A DNA stretch of 64,000 bases from Aplysia californica. Its lineage: Eukaryota. Location of the stretch: contig NW_004797574.1 of the NCBI RefSeq assembly GCF_000002075.1, forward strand, positions 571,329 through 635,328. The letters run 5' to 3'. The notes below the pieces were generated by a model, which had not been told where the DNA came from, did not search any database, and worked only from the letters and a program-made list of their open reading frames with translations. The position numbers were made by a program, and so were the translations under genes. This document shows positions 1 through 13,261 of the stretch, in pieces (positions within the stretch are counted from its first letter, which is position 1; every line of letters begins with the position of its first letter).

Positions 1-258
1 CCCCCCACACACATACACCCACACCCACCCCACCCCACCTCTCCCCTTAACTCTTTAATTAAGGACGTAACAAACACAAATGTCCGACCAGTAGACCAAA
101 GACCATGTTAGGGCTCATTTCAAACCATAATACCCAAATCCGAAACACAAACTGCATTATTTCAAAGTACATGTTTGTGTGTTATTGCGTACCCTTTTAA
201 GTTTCAGATAAAGAAAACAGAATTAATCTGTATGAATAAAGAAGCTGTTTCTTTTTAA

Positions 259-498
259 CACTATCCGTACGTCGTGTTTTACTATCGTATCCATACAACG
301 TGGGGAACTCTGTGCCACCACTTTCAAAAGAGGAAATTTACTCGTTAATCCGATTCGTACGCTTTGCGTAGTAGTCTATCAAAATGATTTTTTTAGAAAT
401 ACTGAAAGTTTCAAAGAGATCTTCGTACTAGAAGTACTCTAAAATGTGTAGAATACAACCCCGGGGGTACAAAATGATCCCATGGCGTACGGATAGGG
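259..498. mobile_element. About 240-bp piggyBac-like MITE, copy 1
   Basis: ttaa|CACTATCCGTACG ... CGTACGGATAGGG|ctaa; inverted homologue at 40578-40809. Confidence 0.8.
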
Positions 499-644
499 CT
501 AAAGTACCCAAAAGTGCGTCCTCAAGGGTTGTCGAGTTACTAGAAGGTGCGTCTGCAATGAGTTAAATGATTTGAAGTCAAGGTCATCTTAGCCTGGAGA
601 GAACAACGAACATCAACAGATTATATTATCAGCACTCTCAGTTT

Positions 645-822
645 TTAGTGAGAGTTTTACGGCACTTGCAACAAAATATGGTCATATAAGTGTCGAAGAT
701 TAGAGGTGTTACACGAGATTTTTTTAAAAACATTTAAAAAGGAGGAGGAGAGATAAGGACGATGGATGTTTGATAGGGAAAGATAAAGCAAACCACACCA
801 GAGCACCTGCCAACTACCCACT
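645..822 (-). repeat. Short retroposon family A (~170 bp, I/Nimb-like 3' tail)
   Basis: 3' end GCACTTATATGACC..TGTGTTGCAAGTGCCGTAAAACTC(TAAAA)n. Other copies at ~15795(+), 36083(+), and on - at 37818, 40222, 44240, 52945, 54008, 54512, 55232, 55440, 57848 and 61380. Confidence 0.85.
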
Positions 823-1179
823 AAATTAGCATTCTTCCTTTCCTTCTCTGTCAATCAACCTCTCCCTCAGACCTTCTCCTCCACAACTCTTTAAATGTAA
901 CCTAGCTACCCCCTCCTCCTTTCCCACCCTCACCCCCGTCCTTTCTTTCACTTTCATATACATCAGTGCTCGTCAACCTTTTTTTATAGCCAGCGCCCTC
1001 TTTGTCCACATTAAAAAGGCTAAAATGTCCGTACCACCACCCACGCACATGTATTTCCAAAGGGGGCATTAAATAACACCTGTCACTTCCCGGCTGGAAA
1101 GTGTTAGATTGGAACCCACAGGGTGAAAGATCATGGGGAAAACCGCGTGGAACCTGGAGAAGAATCACTGAAATGGAGG

Positions 1180-1287
1180 TACAGAAAAGTGGGAAGACAA
1201 GAAGTGACATCAAGCGACTATCTCAGGATAGGGAAAGGTGGAAAGTGTTTGTTCGTGGCCTATATCCTGATCCAGGGTGAGAAAGGC

Positions 1288-1340
<53 letters not shown>
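1180..1340 (+). mobile_element. RTE-like 3' end with (GAT)n tail running into the assembly gap
   Basis: Homologous to 51455-51575 (-) and the end of 6965-7090 (-); (GAT)n at 1288-1340. Confidence 0.65.
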
Positions 1341-1858
1341 NNNNNNNNNNNNNNNNNNNNNNNNNNNNNNNNNNNNNNNNNNNNNNNNNNNNNNNNNNNN
1401 NNNNNNNNNNNNNNNNNNNNNNNNNNNNNNNNNNNNNNNNNNNNNNNNNNNNNNNNNNNNNNNNNNNNNNNNNNNNNNNNNNNNNNNNNNNNNNNNNNNN
1501 NNNNNNNNNNNNNNNNNNNNNNNNNNNNNNNNNNNNNNNNNNNNNNNNNNNNNNNNNNNNNNNNNNNNNNNNNNNNNNNNNNNNNNNNNNNNNNNNNNNN
1601 NNNNNNNNNNNNNNNNNNNNNNNNNNNNNNNNNNNNNNNNNNNNNNNNNNNNNNNNNNNNNNNNNNNNNNNNNNNNNNNNNNNNNNNNNNNNNNNNNNNN
1701 NNNNNNNNNNNNNNNNNNNNNNNNNNNNNNNNNNNNNNNNNNNNNNNNNNNNNNNNNNNNNNNNNNNNNNNNNNNNNNNNNNNNNNNNNNNNNNNNNNNN
1801 NNNNNNNNNNNNNNNNNNNNNNNNNNNNNNNNNNNNNNNNNNNNNNNNNNNNNNNNNN
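1341..1858. other. Assembly gap
   Basis: Run of N. Confidence 1.
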
Positions 1859-2579
1859 TCTCACCGACGATCATGATAGACACTACTCTATTCCTTCCTG
1901 TTGTCAGCCCTCCCGACCAACTCAGTTTCGCTGATTGTGTTGTTAGTCATAAAGTTGTTCTGCCATGTTGTGTATAGTGTTCTCTGTCTTCCTCAGATGA
2001 ATCCGACAAGTGTAAAAATTTAATCATACCATTATCAATAAGATCAGATAAGATACGATAATAATACTTCATTATCCCAGAGGGAAATTTTTCTTTGCTG
2101 TACAATACCGTAAAAAACCCATGCAGGTATAAATAAAAATGTTAATTATATATTACCCTCGTTAAATTTCAATAGGAAAAGAGAAGTAGTAAAGCTGGCA
2201 AAATGTACATATCACATCACATTCTTAAATGATGATGATGATGATGATGATGATGAATACGTGAAATTATACAAGGGAAATAACCGTATAATATTAGTAT
2301 TTCATGTATTATAAAGTATTGCTTCCCTTGGATTTTGTTTTCGCAAAGCGCGCGGGAAACATTTTATTTGGCTTCAGTTTTGTCAGGCATCACCCTTTCA
2401 CTTTTTTTTTCAACAAAATGGTTTGAAAAGAAGGGGGAGGGGTAGTACTAATCCAACAAGTGAACATGAAAGGTCGTAGGTTCAACCTTTGAAGTGCAGC
2501 AATGTAGTTTGCATCTTGAATGCTTCTTGAACTACAAAAAGTAACACGTCATGTTCTCCTTTATGTCACCAGTTGAGAA

Positions 2580-3103
2580 CTCTAAGGTATCGAATAAAAG
2601 GGGGGTGGTGGACAAGTGGTCCAAAATTAATAATAATAAACGAGGGGGGGTTCTAATAAAAGGGGGGAGGGGTGGTACATTCAATCTCATACCCCTGTGC
2701 AAGAAGGAACTAATCTGTTTTATTTCTCCTTCAGTGAATAAAAGAACTGGAGATCCTGAAATTTTTGTGATGTCAGTAAGTTACTGTGACGACTTTTCCC
2801 ATTTAGGAACAAACCAGTTTCGTTAAAATATATAAACCAATCTACAGAAGTTTTTAAAATGCACAGAAAATTGAGGTAGCCAACCTGGTATCGGTACTAA
2901 TACTGGGGGTAATTTGCCATTTACAACAAAAAAAAGAAGTTTCATTCAGATCTAGATTCTAGATATATTGTTTCACATGATCGTCGGTCGTGGCAATATG
3001 GAAAGTAATAAACGGGGGGTTATGGAATAAGGAGCGACGGGGGTGCAAAAAAATGAAAATTAATAAGCGGGGGGGGGGGGGGTACTTATTCGATACCTTA
3101 GCG
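2580..3103. mobile_element. MITE
   Basis: Inverted termini CTCTAAGGTATCGAATAA / TTATTCGATACCTTAGCG with G-run subterminal repeats. Confidence 0.72.
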
Positions 3104-3439
3104 TAACTATTGAGAACAGAACCAAAAAGTATAAATACATGTATTAATAACAACGATGTGAGAATCGATAATAAGTGAAAGATATGAGGAGTAGGGGGTC
3201 CAGCTAGATTGTGCTGAGTTCTACTTGGCCTTTAAATCCGTTCACTTTCTTGAACCCACAGTTTCTTGTAATTCGTTTCAAAATCTGACTGTTGTTTTGC
3301 CCTATACTTTGCTGCGTATCGTCATATATTTTGACTGACCTGAAGATTTCCATGTCTTTTAATCTGCATGTTGAGAAGTAAGTTTATTCAAAGCGGTGAA
3401 TTCCTTTACATGTGGTATCTTTTTTATAATATTGTATCG

Positions 3440-6400
3440 AAATATTCCTTACCTGAAAATTCAATTTTACGGGAACAAAGGCATTTAGACTTTGATATTT
3501 TGAACACAATTTGGGGGAATTTGAGAGTTAAAGAACGCGGAGAAAATGTCAGCACTATTATTATAGCGTCGTCAAAAATTCATGGTGTAACATATTGTCA
3601 AATAGGCCTATTATTATGTCTTCAGCTATCCGACATAGGCTCTCCACTCTCCAACTTTTGCACTAGGACTTTATTAATTTGTCTTGACAGATCAATATTG
3701 AAGTAAACACCTGTTCGTTGTATTCTAGAAAATCCTTTGATAGATAGGCCTAATATTCAAATATACCTGTGGGCGGTGTCTATATATTTTAAAAGGTTTA
3801 CTTTACACCGCTTGAGCTGGGACAAGAGAACTTTTGAATATTCAAAACTAACTGTGACACAATTAAACGCCTGTTTTAAGAACATTTGGTTTAAAAAAAT
3901 GTTCTCTATAAAAAAATAAGCAAGTACGACAATTAATGGTGAGGGACCAATCTTGCACTTTTGTAGTTTTTTGTTGTTTTTTTATTTATTCCGTTTTTGC
4001 AACCACGGATGATGATTGCCTAAAAATAAAACAAACTAACAAAACAAACTAGATTCTACATCTAAACCAAGATGCCATGGCATAAGAGCATCGACTCTGA
4101 ACAAGAGTGGGTTACACACTGCTCTTCACTTTTTTTACTCGTAAGCTATGAGTGGCGCAACTTATTGTCAAATATTTCCTCAACTATCAAACATAAAGTT
4201 GCATCTTTTGCACAATGGCTTGTATCAATTTGTCTTAACAGATCAATATTTTTAGAAACACCTGTTAGCTTTATTCTAGAAAAATCTAGAAAACACTAAT
4301 AAAAAATCCCAGTGGGTGGTTTCTACAGATTTTTAAAGGTTTACAGCAGGGACAATATCGCTTTTAAAAGCAAGTCTGTCAGGGTTTGTTTTTTTCTTCT
4401 AATTGTGACACTACGCATATTGAAGACATGCTTTGAGAACCTTTAGTGCAAGAAATGTTCACTGCAGAATTAATTTCTTGTAATAACTTCTCCTGTTAAA
4501 AATTGTCATTGCAACGAAGGCAATATGCGTGTATACCAAGGAGATTAAAAGTAGTTCTAAGCTCCTTGGTGTATACAAAACGTGTGTGAGAAGCGGGGTA
4601 CTGTGAAAAATCCCATTTTCCGCGTGACGGAGATTTGTAGCATTTTATATAAATATATGAAGAAACATTGTTGACCTAACCTCAATTAATGTGGGAAAAA
4701 TATGTTTCAGTTAAGACAAATTGATACAAACTCTTAGCTCCTCTCGACACTTATCTTGGTCCGATAGAATAGGCTAACACTAACATTGTCACCTTAGCAG
4801 AGACTGTGCCCACCATTTCGGAACTTCACGGTGACCGTAAAGATGGTTCCAGAAGGGAACGGGATAGAGGGTGCCTACGCCCCTCGTGACTCATTGGAGC
4901 AGATGAAGATAGGATTAGATTCTAATTCTTATATTACTAAACGCAATCCGCATAATCACTCATCATCACCATTATTTCTAAAATCATCATTGCTCTCAGA
5001 TCAATGACTTACATCTATAATCCTTGAATCCCTATCTGTAGCAGTTTATACATGTCATACTAACTACTCTCGTAATACACTATTGGACACTATCATAGGG
5101 CCAATGCACTTTTTCTACTAATCAGATGAGGTCAATTTCATATTAATGGGCAAGGGATACAAAATATATATATATGTACGAAGTATGGGTGACATTGATT
5201 TACTCGTGAAAGAGATATTTGAGGATAAGTTGCGCCACAAAATTTTGACTGCACTATAATTATTATAATGAGAGCTGTTCGTGGGGAGGGGGGGGGGACT
5301 TCAGTGACTAAGTGAGTAATGAGTTCAGACTCAAAATATGTCAAACAAGTGTCGTTGACATGGGGTTCAGGTGGATGGTCACTGGGGTGTGCAAGACGCG
5401 ACAACTCTAGATGCAAAAAAACCCAAACAACAACAAACAAACAGGGCGCTGCACAGGGGCGACCAGCAACGGCCTGTTTGTGAAATTCTTATGTATTGGT
5501 ATAATATCATATATGCATGTACGTTTAGAAGCTTAGTGTATTTGGGTATTTCTAATTATGTATTTATCTATGTTTGCCATTGTAACCTATATTTCCAAAC
5601 GGGGATCAATAAAAATGTAATTTATGTAGGGCTATTAATTAATAATGTATTTATTCATTTGTTTATAATCTGTGCAGATTATTTGAAGGATCACACATTC
5701 TTACCGGTATCTAGATTAGAATCTTATGAAGTTAAGAAAGACGGCATCCGACCAAGGCACTTCTGTCACAACATCAGTCTACAGTACCAAGGTCATCATC
5801 GTTGTCTATTTTCACCCTGGATGAGGGTACAGGCCTCAGGAGCAAACACTTTTTACCTTTTTCTAACCAAGGCTAGTCTATTAATTGATATTATTCCCAT
5901 AGCGTCTTCTCACTTCCCACGTTTCGGTATAGATCTATGTATTATAATTCCCTGTCACGTTTCTCCAGTCTTCAGCTTGGCTTTCCCCTTGATCTCACAA
6001 TACCAGGGTATTGTTAAACGATCTTACTTGTTAAGAGTTAAAAAAAAGTAGGCTATAATATGCTATAGACTTTGAGAAAACGTTACTGATCAAGTAACTT
6101 TTGTTGTTTATTTTTAAATGTTCAGGAATACTGACCTCATCGACATTTTAGTTAGGAAGCCATTCTTCTTAATTATGCCTAATTTATTACAGCATTTACT
6201 TATTAGCCACTTGCCCTGCATACCCCCTCCCCTTCCTTTAAAAAAAAACCCCCAAAAAACCCCTAAAAAAATGAAGCAACCAAAATAGCAGTGATTTTAA
6301 CAAATCACGTTACACAAACAGAATAAATGAAAAGCGACATAGCGCACAAGCTCCGCAGTCAAAGTTGACCGTGCGCGTCTTGTGGCGTGGTGAGATTTAT

Positions 6401-7850
6401 TATACGGTACGTAGTGCGGTCAAAAATTCATGGCGCAACTTATTGTCAAATATCTCCCTAACTATAAAACATAGACTTTTCAACTTTTGCACAATGACTT
6501 ATATTTATTTGTCTTAACAGATGGATATCTTTTGAACCACCTGTACGCTGTATTCTAGAAAATTCCATAATAAATATATTTTACAAATAAAAAATCCCAG
6601 TCGATGGTTTCAACAGATGACAAAGAGCTGGAACTTAATGGCTCTTTTAACAGCAAGCCCATCCTACTTCTTCAAATCGCTATGCTACGTTAATAATGGA
6701 CCTCGTGTTTTTGAGAACATATAAGTGCAATTAATGCTGCGGAATAAAAATTATTTTTTACTTCGTTTCTGCAACCATAGATTACATTTTACTATAGATC
6801 TAGTTCAGACCAAAACGTACTGGCATCAGCGTATCGCTACTAAATAGGAGTGGACTACACTATCCTTTGGTCCTTTTACCCGTACTTTGATACAAATAAA
6901 AATATATTGAGAGTTGTTTGTGATAATCTATTGAGATTGCTTGAAGAATCGTACTTTTTTTATAACTCATCATCAATGCCTTCCATTCCTGGCAGGGTAT
7001 AGGCCACATAAGCTCCTTCCATTTATCTTCCATTTATCTCTGTCCTCGGCCATCCTTCCAAGCTTGTTCGAAGTGAGCTTCATCTCTCTCATGTCCCCCT
7101 TTCCTCACATCCCCTCCATGTTTCCCGTGGCCTAGCCCTGCCTCGTGCTCCCTGTGGGTTCCACTGCAACGACTGTCTTAAGGAGCTGTCTTGTGATGTT
7201 TCCGCTGGGCTTTCTGAAGGTGTGTCCCATCCATCGCCCCTTTTCTTAGTCCTTTTTCTATTTCTATATCCGTTTGTCTTGTCCTTTCCCACACCTCTTC
7301 ATTTCTTATTCTATCCTGCCACTTAATTCTTAGGATACGCTTACTGGCATCATATAAAGTCAAAAATGACGGTATATACACCAACACGTACCTTCCTATA
7401 GCAGTTTATCAGTCTACGATTCTTCTTCACTGTCCTGCTGCTTTTCATCTGACTAGTCATAAAGTATGGGCAGAAATTCTTTTACAGTGTCACCTGTCAT
7501 TTATCAGAAGATCGTAATAAATTAAGCATAGGTTAAGCGGTACCACTAAAATGTGTCATTGGTGAGCTATGACACAGGCCACATACGTAGCCAAAGCAAA
7601 ATGTGTGTGTGAAGCGAGAATACTGTGAATATTTTCCGCGCGACGCAGATATAATTTGTAGTATTTTGTATAGTTATGAAAAAAAGGTTTTATAGTAAAA
7701 TTCTAGCCTCTATTGTTGTGGAAAAAATATTATCAACTTCAGACAAATTGATACAAACTGCTGTGCTAAGTGTTGGTGACATTGATTCACCCGTTTTAAA
7801 GATACTTGAACATAAGTTGCGCCACGAATTTTTGACCGCACTATTTGACA
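3440..7850. repeat. Cluster of degenerate copies of one DNA-transposon family
   Basis: Motif TAGTGCGGTCAAAAATTCATGGCGCAACTTATTGTCAAATA in + (~3563, ~4150, ~6412) and - (~5225-5255, ~7812-7843) orientation, with shared internal blocks. Confidence 0.65.
6965..7350 (-). mobile_element. 3' fragment of an RTE-like non-LTR retrotransposon
   Basis: Translates RILRIKWQDRIRNEEVWERTRQ...WNPQGARGRARPRETWR and ends in a short GAT tail. Confidence 0.8.
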
Positions 7851-8389
7851 TACACCCCTTCCGTGCAGAAAAATAAAAATGATCTAGTATTATGGTGCAA
7901 AATTTATAAAGCCTCATTATATAGTCTAGGCTACTCATTTATAATGCTTTTGATTGTTGAGCCAGGGAGTGAGCTAATTAGAATACTTTATAAAATTGAA
8001 ACAGTATAAAACTTTTTAAACCATCAATGAACATTTATTAAGAGTAGCCTAAGCATAATTGTCCTATCCCTAAAAACATAGTGTTTGTGCTTTATTGATT
8101 TTTATGTTTTATGTTTCGTATGTTGTGACGAATGCATTTGTATTGTGACTATTATCATCAACATTGCAGAAACATGATAAAGCGGCCTAGCCTACAAAAC
8201 CACGTCCAAGTGCAAGTACATGTAGGCCTAGCCTATAGACAAAAGAGTCAAGGCCAAACGAACATTTTCACGACAATCCAGATAACGTGAAAATGTCAAA
8301 TTTAAGATTGTTTGCGTTACACAATGTCTAAAAAGGAGCAAAGTTCTGAAGAAATTGGCCAAAGGCTATTTTTATATATTAGGCATATC

Positions 8390-8775
8390 GGAAGGACGTG
8401 TCGCGATTAATTTTTTTTGGTACTGAAGTGGCAGTTAAAGGCCAAGGCTACCCGCCAAATATGCAGAATATACTAGCGCTCGGGGTTAATGCTTTCAGGG
8501 GATTTTATTGGTCTACATTTCAACGAAAAAGAACGATAACCAATCAAAACACTCGTATCACTGCCGTTTGGTGCGATCTCTCGATATCCACCATTTTCCT
8601 CGTGCGCACACTGTTGTACAGAAAGACAACAAAGAGGAATTTCAGTATTTATTGGCGAGGTTCTCGTCGCTGTTTAACAGTCCAAGGTACTCCCAGTTAT
8701 TAGGTACGTCAATGATATGTTCTGAGCTTTCATTTAATTGTTTTGTGTCATTTTAAGGTACAGTTTGAGGTAAGT
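8390..8775 (+). promoter_or_regulatory. Probable NAP1L promoter and non-coding first exon
   Basis: Locally CpG-enriched non-repeat sequence with CCATTTT (YY1-like) at 8591 and a strong donor tttgag|gtaagt at 8769/8770. The ATG exon starts with an acceptor, so an upstream exon must exist. Confidence 0.45.
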
Positions 8776-9832
8776 GTCAGACCATGCCATGAGATAGCAG
8801 ATAGAGAGTAGGCTAGAAGTCTACTTTGGGACTTCGTCGGAGGAGGCAACCAATGAAGTGTGCGAGTCGCATTCTAAACACTCGTGTGTCTGCCGGCAAT
8901 TTGGTTTCATGTTGTCATGTATGCTAATCAGTAATTGTCTATGTCTAAAAATGAAAGCTTATGTCACCATTATATGTTATTCGAAATTTAAGATGGCATT
9001 GTGAACAGATTCAAGATTTTTTTTACTTCGCATTTTTCCCCGCTGTTCAGCGGAAGCCCGAATTCCGCTCCCCGTGCATTGCCTGACCGGAGTCTGAGTA
9101 ACCGAGCACCAGTTTTTTCTGGGTGTGGATATTGTGTGAGCAAGAAGTTTGAACTATTCTTTACAATTCTTTCATAATATTCAATTTTTCTTAAGTTTTG
9201 TGTTGAGACCTCCATCCCAAACGGAAAAGGACTAACATGTAGTAGGCTAATGTGTAGATTCTAGGTGGGTTATCTGTCTGGGACAGAATTTTACCATGGA
9301 CCATGCCATGCTGGTAGTGCTGTTAGTGATTGCAGTGGATGGATGACGCTCCAAGTCGGGTAAAGCCAAACCAGTCTTGTCTTGTCTTAGTCTATTCTAA
9401 ACTCTACCAATAATATATATGACATCTATTCTAGATTTAAGTTGCGGAGTGATTTATCCTCAAATAGAACTCTTTTTATTTGAGATTAATAATTTAATTA
9501 TGAAGTGCAATTTATGCCATACCTTTAAGATAAAGATTAGTGGGTATTTTTTTACTTTCCCTCCCATCTCACACTTTGCTCTACCAGTTGTCCATTTTCT
9601 ATTCAATATTGATGCGCTTAACATGAACGGTCCGTAACACGAATACAACTTCATTTCCGTCGCAAATTAAAAGTTTTTGAAATATTTGTGATTGTTCGTA
9701 ACGATCCCTGTTCGTAATCGAGACGTGTTTCGGACCAGTCGGGGGGGGGGGGGGGTTCCAGGGGGGCCTGCCCCCCACCCCCCTCCCCCCAGTGGTAAAA
9801 GAATATCTGGGTGGTTTAACCCGTAATTTGAT

Positions 9833-10614
9833 ATGGCCACCTCTATTCTCACCCGGGATGAGAATAGTGCAGGCGAGTCTTTTGGCTATTCTCACCCGGT
9901 GCGCGTTTACCGTTATAGCCTAGATCTAGGCCAACAAATTTTGCTTTCACCCTAAACCACAGAATTCTACACTGTGATAACAGAAAAATTGTAGAATTCT
10001 GTGCCTTGAACAAACGTTCCATTACAACTGTAGCCTACTAAAAGCGTACAATTTTGTCTGTGACTGTGGGCAGTGGAGAGAGAGAGAAAGAGAGAGAGAG
10101 AGAGGAGTAGCGCGAGAACTTCCGGTCAAAACAAAATGGCGACCCGCGTTGTTCGGCTCGATTCGAAAAGTTAAATAGCCGTAGCATCATTGTAGACAAC
10201 CAAATTAATTTACTTTTGTGTTTTAACATAATTTTTTAACTTTGTTTTGGTCAATTTGATCGTCCACACCGATAGACAGTATTCAGAAAGAGAGAGAGAG
10301 AGGGGAGGAGTAGATCTTAGGAGAACTTCCGGGCAAAACAAAATGGCGACCCGCGTAGTTCGGCTCGATTCGAACAGTGAAATAGCCATAGCATCTTTGA
10401 AGACGATCAAATTAGCTTACTTTTGTGCTATAACGTAATTTTTTCTTGGCTTTTATCAATTTGATCATCCACACCGATAGACAGTATTCCAAAATGAGGA
10501 AAAGCAGGTCTTGTTTCGCACTGGGTGAGAATAGCCTACGCTGGCAAGTCTCACCCGGGGTGAGAGGTAGATCGTTTTTCTATTCTCACCCCGGATGAGA
10601 ATAGCCACTTCCAT
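9833..10614. mobile_element. Non-autonomous element with palindromic subtermini and an internal ~210-bp duplication
   Basis: CTATTCTCACCCGGGATGAGAATAG-type hairpins at both ends; ~10080-10285 repeated at ~10288-10490. Confidence 0.6.
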
Positions 10615-13244
10615 TTGATATTTTACTGTTAGATCTAGATTTGAAATTTTCCTGAAAATAATTGATTTGCGACAGTTTTAGTGGCTTTATGTGTGATCTG
10701 CAGTAAACAATACTGCAGTTTGACCCCCGAAGCAGTGCTTCTGTGTGCGGGAGTGGAAGTAAAAATTTACCGATTAGTGCTTAGTAATCACTTGTTAGCC
10801 CCACAATCCTGTATCTTTTCATCAAATTCAAATGGCACTGCCCATCTTTTCAAGCTGACACATGCGGCTAAACGTAGAATGACGCACCTGCTGCCTGATT
10901 GGCTACTAATTTTAGTAATGTGATGTCATCACATCTTGGGATACCCAGAGACTATTTTTAGAGGGCTGTGGAGGTGCCAATTTTAAAGATTCTCTACCAC
11001 ACGATCCATGGGTCTCAATATTCCGCTTTTTAGCGGATTTCCGCTACCGCCATTTCCTCCGCTAAACTCCAGTGCTTGGAGGGGCACCTCCCACTGGGTG
11101 ACTGGGGGCCCCTGGGAATTTGAAAAAAATCTCAGAGCTGTAAATTGCCTCGGGAATGACCCGGGAAGATACATTCTCGAATATTTGAAAACGAAATCCG
11201 ATAACGTCTTTAATTCCATTTTTGCCAGTCGTGATTGTGATGTTTGTTCGGCGTTTCCTGGTCTGAAAGTACGTTTCAGGGGAACAGGCGGCTATATGCA
11301 GCAAATGGAAGTGAATGTGTGACACCGAGGCTCAATCGGGAAAATCAAGGTCTACTTTCCCTTTCGTTACCACCCTGAAATTTACTGGTGATAGTCTGAT
11401 AACGCAACATTTGTAACATGCAGGTTGTGCATTACAAAGGTGGTGTCACCATGAAAATAAATCAATATTCGTCTCCGTGCTGTCACTTGTGGGGAGAAAA
11501 AAGAAAAGAAAGTTATACAAGCGTCTTGGTGGGCTCGTCATTGTGACCGGTCATTGAACCTGCGCGCGTTCTGAGCGCTACAAAGTACAGGACTCCGGAA
11601 GAGGGGAGATTATTGATTTTTTAAAAAGATACTGGGGAGGGGGGGTGGAGGGGGCTGAACGCAACACCAGAGGACAAAAAATTGAACTTGGACTCCGAAG
11701 CAAATTTTTTGTATCGAAGTATATACAGACCTGGTAAGGGAAATCTTTTGTGATATCGGAAAGTTTCAGCGCCCAGACCCGGTAGTGTGTGTGTGTGCGT
11801 GTTTTCATATTGAATGCACGCATACCCTACAAAACTTCCCACTCATGGTGCAAGTGAAAAACTGAGTTGGCAACGCTCTTTTTCTTCCTAGCCAGGTGGC
11901 ACCATATATCTAGACAAAGGGACCTCAAGTTGAAGAAATTCCCTGTGTGGGGGTAAAATTTCTTTTTTAACCCTCTGCGTGCGCATCACTACCACTGGTC
12001 TTGGTGACTCAAACCTCCCTTCCGCACGCATCGCAACCACCGGTCGTGACCCGACATGAGTGTAGAAACTATACTGCTGACATGAGAATAGCCGTTTTTT
12101 TAAACTGCTGGTGACTACAGTCCACCAGTGCAATGTTTATTAGTGCTGCTGGCTGCGCATTTTGCAGTCGGGGATCGGTTTGGAGTTTTTTAACGGCAAT
12201 TTTCTGGGATATTGTTTACAGTTTTCAAAAGGTCGGATTCGTCAGCTGATTTAGACAGATTTACCCAACATTTTTCTGGAATCGGATGACAGTGTTAAAG
12301 AGTTAGAAGGATTAGGTCCACAAATAAAAGATTTAGATCTTCATGTGAATGATGGAGTATATTGTGTTGTAGATCTAACGAGGTTAATCCCAGAAGGGGA
12401 CGTTGATATTCCTGCTGATCTCCAAGCAGGCTGGACTAAAAATGATGAGGATTTTGATACCAACAACATCATAAAAAAGCACATTTGACCATACATAAGG
12501 GTATTTCATCATTTAAAACACATTTTTCCTTCTTACTGTAATTAGAAATGATGATAAATAAAAGATATGAGCTTTTTTAATAACCATGTTGAAAATTAGC
12601 ATTTTTCTAAAGTAAACCCAGCACTAAAGGGAAGTAAGGTAAAAATGGCTTAGAGCCAAGAGGTTTAAAAGGTTCTAATTACTCTTGGAGATTGAAATGA
12701 TTTATGTTTTGCTGAAAACTGCTCTTGCTGGTACATGGTAAAACCCTTTTCACTTACATCTCAGCTGCAATAACTTAATCCCACTGTACCTGTATCTCAC
12801 AGTTCTTACTTGGTTTTGTTGAGCTGCTTTTGTTTGACAAAACTGATCAGAGATCAAGGGATGTTCTGCTGTTGAAGATGTATAGAGGGTTTTTTTGTTT
12901 GGTGTTTCTATTTTTCAAAGATTTGTAGAGATATTCCTGGTTTTTGAAGTGAGGTGAACAGAGCTGATGTACTTATGCCTGTAAAAAAAACAACTATATG
13001 AGGTTAAATTGTGAACCCAATTGATTGAAAATATATGCGTAACTTGTCGTTATGACTATTTCAGATTATTTCAGATAAAGGTTGTAGGAAACGTGTGCTG
13101 ATGAATGGAGATATGAGTGACATGTGGTGGGTTGGGCTTTTTTACCAATAATGTTCTTGCTGTTGCATTTTTGAGATTCATGAATTGTCACAGATGTTCG
13201 CCAGCCTCAGACTATACATATTGTATTTCAGTGAACTGTGCATC

Positions 13245-13261
13245 ATGTCTGAGCCAGAAAA
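13245..13261 (+). CDS. NAP1L1: NAP1L coding exon 1 (MSEPEN; exon begins 13232)
   Basis: atttcag|tgaactgtgcatcATGTCTGAGCCAGAAAA|gtgagt; phase 2 matches the next exon. Confidence 0.82.

Noticed and set aside
1123-1977. Long ORFs with poly-D/M/H/S and X
   Set aside because: Artefacts of the (GAT)n tail and the N gap.
5371-6051. 226-aa ORF
   Set aside because: AT-rich, no recognisable domain or splice context; probably chance.
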